DNA from: Sedimentisphaerales bacterium
Lineage (GTDB): Bacteria; Planctomycetota; Phycisphaerae; Sedimentisphaerales; SM23-30
Assembly (NCBI GenBank): GCA_963666285.1
Contig: OY762711.1
Length of the DNA stretch: 64,000 bases
Direction: 5' to 3' (one strand)
How positions within the stretch are numbered: position 1 is the stretch's first letter; every line of letters begins with the position of its first letter. A program made the position numbers and the translations under genes. The notes under the pieces were generated by a model, which was given only the letters and a program-made list of their open reading frames with translations, was not told where the DNA came from and ran no database searches. Below are positions 23,550 to 31,941 of the stretch, piece by piece.

Positions 23550-23586
23550 GTGCCCTTGCGGGTATGCTACCGACCCTAAACGGCAG
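23550..23586 (+). repeat. 37-bp comM-derived repeat (CPCGYATDPKRQ codons), att-like
   Basis: 34/37 identical to comM 17022-17058. Confidence 0.9.
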
Positions 23587-23737
23587 GAGCTAAATAAAAG
23601 GGGTCGTCCTTTTATTTCTGTCCTGTCCTACATTTATTCTACGAGGATCAATTACCATCGATATTCTATTTTTAGCCGAAAAGTGAAGGTGTCCTGATGT
23701 ACGTTGACATCAGGAATAATTCGCTGTCGCGAGCTAT

Positions 23738-23844
23738 TTTAAATCGCCTGCGGCGAAGAAAGAGCTAAACCACGAATGGACGCGAATAAACACTAATAAT
23801 ATATAATGTGACTCGCTACCGCTCGTGTTTTATTAATATAGGTA
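23738..23844. repeat. Repeat B, empty IS1111 target copy 1
   Basis: TTTAAATCGCCTGCGGCGAAGAAAGAGCTAAACCACGAATGGACGCGAATAAACAC...CTCGCTACCGCTCGTG. Confidence 0.9.
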
Positions 23845-24016
23845 CTTGGGAAGGAAATCTCGATGTGCCGGTAAAGCTGATTAATTGTTGCAGGTGGGGT
23901 GGGAAAATGCTTTACTACTGAAATATCTGAAGAGACGGAAAAAGGAAATAGGACATATGCGACGCATGCGACATATAGGACGGATAGGACAAATAAAGTC
24001 TGAGATCTCAGAAAAG

Positions 24017-24252
24017 ATGGTGTTGCTGTTGTTCGACTTACAGCGCTCGCTCAGGACAGGTGTGTGACCAAGTTTAAATCGGCTGGCGCCGAATATGCCG
24101 AGCCAGTGCTCGGCGTTCCCAGGAATTATGAGTCGCTGCGCGAGGGCTGGTTTATTGTCAGGCAGGGATGCCTGACCTACTATGTCGTTAACGATGCTGG
24201 TTTGGTAGGAGATTGGAAGATATTAAGCAGAGTGATTTTGATAGTATTTGTC
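24017..24252. repeat. Long repeat block (homologous to 24810-25046) containing several hairpins, including a GTAG-type REP at 24157-24180
   Basis: Direct alignment by eye. Confidence 0.9.
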
Positions 24253-24580
24253 TATCGTAGAGGCTGCAAAGAATAAAGAGGATACTCGCTTCAGGCTTCG
24301 CTAAAGCTATGGCTCGATAAGAACGCTTTTATTTTATTTTTTTTAGAACCACGAAACACACAAAAAATCACGAAAAAAATATGAGATGGATAGGACGGAT
24401 TGAATTATGAAAAACTTTGTTTTACCATGAAGATAGTTAAGGGCATGAAGAAGAGTTTTTTGTGCCGTACATTACTGGGCTGCAAATTAAAAGGTAAAGG
24501 AAGAGTAATTTTGCGGAACGGCAAGTTAAGAACTAAGAATTTTGAGTGAAGAATTGAGGATTCGGCTTCGCCGAGATTGT

Positions 24581-24687
24581 TTAAAATCGCCTTCGGCGAA
24601 GAAAGAGCTAAACCACGAATGGACGCGAATAAACACTAATAATATATAAGGTGACTCGCTACCGCTCGTGTTTTATTAATATAGGTA
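24581..24687. repeat. Repeat B, empty IS1111 target copy 2
   Basis: Near-identical to 23738-23844. Confidence 0.9.
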
Positions 24688-25655
24688 TTAGGGGCAGGGA
24701 ATGAAGCGGCTATGCCGAGGCTAATTAATCAGCGTGGGTAGTTTATCAAACAAGTTTGATAAAATCTACCCACCCTACTGTCATATGTAAGATATTTTGA
24801 GAAGGAAATATGGTGTTGCTTTTGTTCGACTTGCTGTGTTCGCTCAGGACAGTCGCGTGACCAAGTTTAAATCGGCTGGCGCCGAATATGCCGAGCTGGT
24901 GCTCGGCGTTCCCAGGAATTAGGAGTCGCTGCGCGAGGGCTGGTTTATTGTCAGGCAGGGATGCCTGATCTACTATGTCCTTAACGATGTTGGGTTGGTT
25001 GGAGATTGGAAGGATATTAAGCAGAGTGGTTTTGATAGGATTTGTTTCTCGCAAGGCTCGCAAAGATCGCAAAGTGTTATTGTGGAATATAACATTGACG
25101 GTCACGGACAGGCACAGACAAACACGGCAGACAGAACGACCAAAGGTCGTTAGAGATTAGAGCAGGTGAGCAGTAGAACAGGAATGTAGCCAACAGCGGC
25201 GAGCAGCCAGCTGTCAGGAAATACGTGCTTCGCACTCTGGCACTTTTCGACCGTAGCCGAAAAGTGAAGGTGTCGCTTATGCGACCTGTTTTAAATAATG
25301 TGCCGAGCTCCGCCTGCTGCGGATTTTATTCTGCTCAGCGTTGGCAGAGGTGAAGGTGTCGAAAAGAACGAAAAAAAATTGTCCGCTGAATCCTGCTGAT
25401 GGGCGCAGATAAAGAAAAATGGGGCGGACACTTTTTAGAGTTCTCCAAACTGCGAAATCAGGATTAAACCTATCACAACCAATTTGTACAAACATGCTGG
25501 CTGGCTAATGCTGCGCTGAAATAATTCTTGCCGATAATTTCCACCGTCATTACAATGTGTTTTTACAAATACAGAAAAAGATTTCTTTTGGAGCAATACT
25601 TGTGCCGAACAGGATTGTGTCTGCAACTTTAATTTCACTTTAGAAATATATATAT

Positions 25656-26819
25656 ATGACCAACCGAACTAATATTTTTACCCGTCAGCCGATATATTAT
25701 TTATATCTGCATCGGGTGTTGAACGAGTTTGCTGATAGTTTGATCAAGGTGTTTGTGCCTGTCGTTATTTATGACAGGACATCGTCAATAACTGCGGTTA
25801 TCTGGTTTGTGCTGGGCTATTATATACTCCAGTCGTTTCTGAATCTGACCTTGCGAAAGGTGTTGGTGCGTCGTCCGTTGCCGGTAATAGTTTTGCGTCT
25901 GCTGCCGGTACTGATCTTGCAGTTTTTGCTGATAAGTGATTTTTCCCGGCTCGATATTAATTTGTATATTGCCGCACTTGCGATAGCGACAGCTTTTTCG
26001 AATTGTTTATATTGGCTGCCGCTGAACTCGCTGTTTACAATGCTGGCGGGCGAAAAGACCGGAGTCAAAACCGGCCGCTTTACTGCAGCCTCTCGAATTG
26101 GTAATATGCTGGCGCCGATTTTGTCAGGTTTTCTGATCGGTAGTTTTGGGATATTCTCATCTGTGGTGCTGGCGATAGTATGTTATTTTCTGTCGATAGT
26201 TGTCCTTGTGCTATTGTCCTCGCATGTCAAAAGCTTTGTTAGCGAGCAAGAGGTCCGGAGAGAATCCAGGCTGGAACCAATAAAGCCAACCTTTGCACTT
26301 TTTGTTATGCTGTACTTTATGGTAGGGATATTCGATACAGCCGAGATGTTCTGGTCGTTATATATATACTCAGTTTCGGCCCGGTTTGTTATTGTTGGGC
26401 TGGCCACCGGTCTTATCAAACTGGGTGTGATACTGGCGAACCTTATAACAGGAACTCTAACCGATGCCGGTAGATGGTATATACCAGCGGTGGCGGCATT
26501 GATAATTTTTGGTGTTTTATGGCTGGCAAGGGTTTCTGTTACTGATATATACTGGATGTGCCTGATTTCGATAGCGACTGGATTCGTTAAGCCGTTTTTC
26601 CTGGTGCCCGCTTTTTCAAAATTTATTTGTTTTGTCAGGCGATCGGGGCAGGTTGATGATATGCTCATGTCGCGCGAGCTAAGCCTGAAGGCCGGCGGAG
26701 CATCAGCGATTGTGCTGAGCTTGCTTTTACCTGTTTCAGTCATCAAGGCACCGTTTGTTATTGCCGGGGCAGCGTCGATGGGGGTGGTAGTTTTGTTGAG
26801 GAAGATAGTTAAGAGCTAA
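25656..26819 (+). CDS. MFS-type membrane transporter
   Basis: About 12 hydrophobic segments; GNMLAPILSGFLI, GTLTDAGR. Confidence 0.75.
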   Translation: MTNRTNIFTRQPIYYLYLHRVLNEFADSLIKVFVPVVIYDRTSSITAVIWFVLGYYILQSFLNLTLRKVLVRRPLPVIVLRLLPVLILQFLLISDFSRLDINLYIAALAIATAFSNCLYWLPLNSLFTMLAGEKTGVKTGRFTAASRIGNMLAPILSGFLIGSFGIFSSVVLAIVCYFLSIVVLVLLSSHVKSFVSEQEVRRESRLEPIKPTFALFVMLYFMVGIFDTAEMFWSLYIYSVSARFVIVGLATGLIKLGVILANLITGTLTDAGRWYIPAVAALIIFGVLWLARVSVTDIYWMCLISIATGFVKPFFLVPAFSKFICFVRRSGQVDDMLMSRELSLKAGGASAIVLSLLLPVSVIKAPFVIAGAASMGVVVLLRKIVKS

Positions 26820-27089
26820 TAGTTGTGGTGGGCTGGATAAATTCACAAAATAATGAATTCTGTTAATAGAGTTATGTTAAAACAAGTAAAAAAGACGTTC
26901 AAAGTATATCTTAAACTGAACAATATTGTCCAATAGTCAACAGCACTTGACGAAATTTGATATATAACTTACAATCAATGCCGAATTAATGTATAGGAGG
27001 ATGATATAGCGGGCGTTTCAGTTTCAGATCCGAATATCAATCCTGAAAATCCATAAGCTTTCCCTTTATCGAATTGAAAGGATACAGCC

Positions 27090-29453
27090 ATGCGTTTGAA
27101 TAAGTTATTAGCAGTCTCCCTGTTATCGTATCTGATTTTAATGGCAACGAGTTCAATTTATGCCGGAGATATCACCAGTTTTGACAGTTCGTGGCTGTTT
27201 TGCCAGGATGATGAGCTGACGGGTGCTGAGGTTGTCGGTTTTGATGACAGTGGCTGGCGAGAGGTTGACCTGCCGCATGACTGGAGTATCGAGGGGCCGA
27301 TCGACCGCGACAGCCCGACTGGCCGGGGCGGCGGTTTTATGCCGTGCGGGATAGCGTGGTATCGCAAATCGTTCGCGGTTCCGGCGTCTGATAAAGGCAA
27401 GCGTATATTTATCGATTTTGACGGGATCATGTCCAACAGTGAAGTCTGGGTTAATGGCAGGCCGCTGGGAACTCGTCCGTTTGGTTATGTTTCGATGAGA
27501 TACGAGCTGACCGATAAGCTGAACTACGGCGGAGCAAATATAATCGCGGTAAAAACCGATACCTACGATCAGCCGGCCAGCCGGTGGTATACCGGTGCGG
27601 GTATCTATCGTCATACATACCTGGTGAAAACCGCCCCGGTTCATTTTGAGCATTGGGGAGTATTTATTATGACGCCGAAAGTGACGGAAGCAAAAGCCGA
27701 GATCAAAATAGATAATAAAATTGTTAACCAGGGAGATACTGATCAGGATTTTCAAGTTGTAACGAATATATACAAAAAGGATGATATGACCAAGCCGGTA
27801 TTTGCGTTGTCGTCATCGGCTAAGGCCGCGGCCGGTAAGACGGTTGATATAACACAAGGCTGCCAGCTGTTGGGGCCGGCTTTATGGAGCGTTAAAAATC
27901 CGAACCTTTATATAGCAGAGAGTACGATAGTAAAAGAAGGTAAAGTAATTGATGTTGTAAAGAATATTTTTGGTATCCGCTCGTTTGAGTTTAAGGCAGA
28001 GACGGGATTTTGGCTGAACGGCGAGAATATAAAGATCAAGGGAGTATGTCTGCATCATGACGGCGGTGCGGTAGGTGCGGCGGTGCCGAAAGAATATTTG
28101 CGATATCGATTTGAGAAGCTGAAGGAGATCGGATGTAATGCGATTCGTACCGCCCATAATCCAATGTCGACAGAGTTTCTGGATTTATGTGATGAGATGG
28201 GTTTTGTGGTGATGGATGAGGTATTTGATACCTGGCGTGCGAGAAAAAATCATGCCGACTATGGCTATCAGCATTATTTCGATAAATGGTGGTATGCTGA
28301 TAATCGTGATACCGTTATGCGCGACCGGAACCATCCGAGCATTATCCTGTACAGTGCCGGAAATGAGATTCGCGACAACCTCGACAGTAAGAAAGGGTTC
28401 GATACTTTCAAGTCGATATACAATAATTTCAAGGAATACGACCCGACCCGACCGGTAACGCAGGGTGTTTTCAGGCCGAACCACAGCAACCTGTACGACA
28501 ATGGCTATGTAGAGATGATGGATGTGGTGGGTCAGAACTATCGAGAGAACGAGCTGGTAGCGGCGCATCTGTCCAGGCCGTCGCGTAAAGTGATCGGGAC
28601 AGAGAACGGTCATTCGCGAGAAGCGTGGCTGGTGCTGCGTGACAATCCGTATATGGCCGGTCAGTTTTTGTGGACTGGTATCGATTACCTGGGCGAGGCA
28701 GACTGGCCGAATGTCGGCTGGTCAAATGCATGTGTGAATCGCATCGGTACAATCCGTCCGCTGGGCTATCAGCGACAGAGCTGGTGGAGCGACGAGCCGG
28801 TTGTGCATATCGCGCGCCGGGAAGCGGCATCAGGCGGCGCAAGTGGGAATATAGGCGGCGGCGAGATAGTTTCGCATTGGACGCCGCGCGATTATGATAC
28901 TTACGACCAGGCAACAGTCGAGATATATAGTAACTGCGAGCTGGTCGAGCTGTTTCTGAATGATAAGTCGCTGGGCGAGAAGGTTGTGCCGGCGGATGCG
29001 TCGCCGATCAAGTGGGAGCTGGGCTTTAAGCCGGGAACGCTGAAGGCGGTCGGAAAAATTAATGGCAGAGAGGCAGCGGTATACGAGACGACCAGTTCGG
29101 CTTACCCGGTAGCGATAAAGATCGAGCCGAATAAGACAGTGATAGCAAATGAGTTTGACGATGCGGCTGTTGTGCTGGTATCGTTTGTGGATGAAAAGGG
29201 GATAAAATGTCCGTGGGCGGAAAAGCTAATAAAGTTTGAGATTTCCGGGCCGGGTAAGATTATTGCGGTCGATAACGGCGACCCGCAGTTTCATGATTCC
29301 TACCAGGCGTCTAAGTGTCGAACATTCCACGGGGAGTGTATGGTAGTTGTAGCGGCAACTGCTGATAGCGGCGATATAATGTTGAAGGCAACCTGTCGCG
29401 GGATCGAGTCGAGCAGTGTAACGTTGCAGTCGGAACCGGCGGCCCTTCGATGA
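27090..29453 (+). CDS. Secreted GH2 glycoside hydrolase (beta-galactosidase-like)
   Basis: Signal peptide; LPHDWSI, KGVCLHHD, NAIRTAHNP, RDRNHPSIILYSAGNE, FLWTGIDYLGE. Confidence 0.92.
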   Translation: MRLNKLLAVSLLSYLILMATSSIYAGDITSFDSSWLFCQDDELTGAEVVGFDDSGWREVDLPHDWSIEGPIDRDSPTGRGGGFMPCGIAWYRKSFAVPASDKGKRIFIDFDGIMSNSEVWVNGRPLGTRPFGYVSMRYELTDKLNYGGANIIAVKTDTYDQPASRWYTGAGIYRHTYLVKTAPVHFEHWGVFIMTPKVTEAKAEIKIDNKIVNQGDTDQDFQVVTNIYKKDDMTKPVFALSSSAKAAAGKTVDITQGCQLLGPALWSVKNPNLYIAESTIVKEGKVIDVVKNIFGIRSFEFKAETGFWLNGENIKIKGVCLHHDGGAVGAAVPKEYLRYRFEKLKEIGCNAIRTAHNPMSTEFLDLCDEMGFVVMDEVFDTWRARKNHADYGYQHYFDKWWYADNRDTVMRDRNHPSIILYSAGNEIRDNLDSKKGFDTFKSIYNNFKEYDPTRPVTQGVFRPNHSNLYDNGYVEMMDVVGQNYRENELVAAHLSRPSRKVIGTENGHSREAWLVLRDNPYMAGQFLWTGIDYLGEADWPNVGWSNACVNRIGTIRPLGYQRQSWWSDEPVVHIARREAASGGASGNIGGGEIVSHWTPRDYDTYDQATVEIYSNCELVELFLNDKSLGEKVVPADASPIKWELGFKPGTLKAVGKINGREAAVYETTSSAYPVAIKIEPNKTVIANEFDDAAVVLVSFVDEKGIKCPWAEKLIKFEISGPGKIIAVDNGDPQFHDSYQASKCRTFHGECMVVVAATADSGDIMLKATCRGIESSSVTLQSEPAALR

Positions 29454-29570
29454 GCTCAGGGCGGGCGGCAGGCTAATTTAAATTTGAGCTTGATAGATTA
29501 TCTAAAAACATGTTAAAATAATATGTAGATCCTGTATCGGTCAGTTTTATTATTTTAAACATGTAAATAG

Positions 29571-30065
29571 ATGGAATATATGAACATACTAATTATTAAT
29601 TCTAAATGTGAAAGAGCAAATGAACATTCAGTTCAGTTTGAATGTCCAAGTTGTAATAATGTATCTGAATCTGTGGCGACAGCGTTAAATTATAAATATT
29701 TTCTATTTAATTTAATTCCGTTTCTCTGGCATACTGATAACAGGCTGCAATGCGGCTCATGTCAGAAAGTATTTGAACTGGATTTTGAACCGGCAAAAGC
29801 GGAAATGTTCAAGCCTAAGGAATTAAAAGATTATGTGAATTTGCCACCTACAAAATTAGAGGTGGTATTTACAATTCTGGCAGTATTTTCCTGTCTTTTC
29901 CCTGTCTGGGGATTGTTAATTTCAGTTCCGGCTTTTTTTATTAACCGTAGGAAAAAAGGAAAATATAAAACGGTAACAACAACCTGTTTGTACATATCAA
30001 TTGGTTTAGCATGCTTTGTTGCAGCGATTATTATGTTTGTATTTTCTATTCCGCGCGAAAACTAA
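29571..30065 (+). CDS. Zinc-ribbon membrane protein
   Basis: CPSC...CGSC followed by two TM helices. Confidence 0.7.
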   Translation: MEYMNILIINSKCERANEHSVQFECPSCNNVSESVATALNYKYFLFNLIPFLWHTDNRLQCGSCQKVFELDFEPAKAEMFKPKELKDYVNLPPTKLEVVFTILAVFSCLFPVWGLLISVPAFFINRRKKGKYKTVTTTCLYISIGLACFVAAIIMFVFSIPREN

Positions 30066-30154
30066 ATCACATGTTATGCACAAATATTATACAAATTGTG
30101 GAATAAGATTCAGAGAAGTTGCGTTGAAAGCGGGAGCGGCGGAGTAATAATTTG

Positions 30155-30181
30155 CTCAAGCTGACCGAATGTCAGCTTGAG
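30155..30181. repeat. REP-like hairpin family G (also 31095-31120, 37180-37205, 59974-60000, 60173-60196)
   Basis: Consensus CTCAARCTGACC-N3-GGTCAGYTTGAG. Confidence 0.7.
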
Positions 30182-30467
30182 AGGTATTGGATATTAGTGT
30201 TCAGGTATTAGGGAAGGAAAGCCGCGGTCCTTCGATAAACTCAGGGCAGGCGGCAGACAAATTTAAATTATTAATGTAACAGACTGTGCTATATTTTGTT
30301 ACAGCAAAGCAAAGTGTAGAATTGGTCAGTTTGAGTAATTTAAATATGTAACAAATTATCTGTTTCTACGTCTATATATTGAAAGTGAAAAATAATAATT
30401 AACCGAAGGTTTGTTTGAGAAGTATTAGTTTTTAGATATTGGACGTGATTGTTTAGGAAAGGATAAT

Positions 30468-31058
30468 ATGTTTCACACAATAACAGCACAAATGCAGGCT
30501 CGCATGAAATTTCTTGAAGATATAGATGCAACAGACAGGCAAGACGGCACCGAGCGGCTTAAGCGATTGCGGCAGATCCCGCCGGTGACGGGTAAGTTTA
30601 TTGCATTACAGGCGGTGAACTGTCCTAAAGGGAAGATGGTTGAGATAGGCACAAGTGCAGGTTATTCGACGATGTGGCTGTCGCTGGCGGCGAAAGAGCG
30701 GGGTGATGTGATAACAGCATTTGAGATCCTGCCGGAAAAAGTTGTCCTGGCAAAAGAGACATTCCGAGTGGCGGAGATAGAGCAGTATGTAAACCTGGTT
30801 GAAGGAGACGCAGTTGAATTTTTAGAAGATATGGATGAGATAGCTTTCTGTTTTTTGGATGCCGAAAAGGAAGTTTATGAGGAGTGCTATGAGCTTATCA
30901 AAGATAAGATAGTACCGGGCGGTTTGATCGTTGCTGATAATGCAATTAACCATTACGATACAATTAAGCCAATGATCGATAAAGCACTGGCAAACACTGA
31001 TTTTGATTCATTGGTGGTGCCGATCGGGAAAGGTGAGCTGGTTTGCAGGAGGATATAG
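30468..31058 (+). CDS. SAM-dependent O-methyltransferase (YrrM-like)
   Basis: [31 protein letters not shown]. Confidence 0.9.
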   Translation: MFHTITAQMQARMKFLEDIDATDRQDGTERLKRLRQIPPVTGKFIALQAVNCPKGKMVEIGTSAGYSTMWLSLAAKERGDVITAFEILPEKVVLAKETFRVAEIEQYVNLVEGDAVEFLEDMDEIAFCFLDAEKEVYEECYELIKDKIVPGGLIVADNAINHYDTIKPMIDKALANTDFDSLVVPIGKGELVCRRI

Positions 31059-31124
31059 CGGTGCACCAAAACTTTTTGGGCATATATAGATTAACTCAAG
31101 CTGACGTTTATTCAGTTTGAATGA

Positions 31125-31928
31125 TTATTCTGTTTTTTGGGAGTATACTCTTACGTACTCAACAGCCATAGTTTTCGGCAGTTGTTCATTATGGACATTC
31201 CCGGCCCATTTTGCCGCTTCAATAGTAATTTTAAGATAAGCAGGTGTTTGCATAACTCCCCCGGCAGAAGTTCTCCAGGTTTCTTCATCATCAATATAGA
31301 AGACATACTCCTTTTCATTCCACAGTAGAGCATACTTATGATATCCAGTATAAAGCCTGTCGGCATTTTCCATTGTATGTGCCTGGCTTTTGTGTTCTTT
31401 GCCATAGCCATCCCAATGCAGAGCATGATTGACATGATTCTTGTCGGAAAAGATAGATTCGTAAATGTCTATTTCTGTACCGTCTCTTCCGTCATTGCCA
31501 ACATTATTGCCATTGGCCGGCATCATCCAGAACGCCGTCCAGCCGCCATGAATGACAGGTACTTTACATTTGATTTCGAAATAGCCAAATTTCTTTTCGA
31601 AAAGCCCTTTTGTCCTGACGGCACCACAAAATATTTTGTTGTTGTCTTTACGTATACGCAGGATAAGCTTACCTTTACCATCAACAAAAGCGTCTTCATT
31701 GTTCCACTTACAGAACCCATCGCAGCGATCCCATTCCGGGCAATGTTTCCATTTTGTTTCGTCTAACTTATCGCCGTCGAATTCATCCTGCCATGCCAGC
31801 TGCCATTTAGCGGCATCTAAATTGCGGGGGAAGTCGCAATTATTGGGGTCGTTGATATTGTCTGCCCGGCAAAAAGAAAGCAAAGAAGCCAGCATTGAGT
31901 AAATGAATATTACAGATATTCTTTTCAT
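31125..31928 (-). CDS. Secreted GH16 glycoside hydrolase
   Basis: WQDEFDG, WTAFWMM, catalytic EIDIYE, VEYVRVY. Confidence 0.92.
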   Translation of the reverse strand: MKRISVIFIYSMLASLLSFCRADNINDPNNCDFPRNLDAAKWQLAWQDEFDGDKLDETKWKHCPEWDRCDGFCKWNNEDAFVDGKGKLILRIRKDNNKIFCGAVRTKGLFEKKFGYFEIKCKVPVIHGGWTAFWMMPANGNNVGNDGRDGTEIDIYESIFSDKNHVNHALHWDGYGKEHKSQAHTMENADRLYTGYHKYALLWNEKEYVFYIDDEETWRTSAGGVMQTPAYLKITIEAAKWAGNVHNEQLPKTMAVEYVRVYSQKTE

Positions 31929-31941
31929 TTTGTATTCCATA

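Noticed and set aside
20800..23600. Integron cassette array
   Set aside because: No integron integrase and no convincing RYYYAAC...GTTRRRY attC pairs seen; boundaries are comM-derived instead
18090..23725. 37-bp palindromic repeat A as a CRISPR repeat
   Set aside because: Only three copies, kilobases apart, with no regular spacers and no cas genes
19784..25160. Short ORFs at 19784, 19812, 23885, 24064, 24746 and 24975
   Set aside because: They are translations of the non-coding repeat blocks; frames and stops differ between copies
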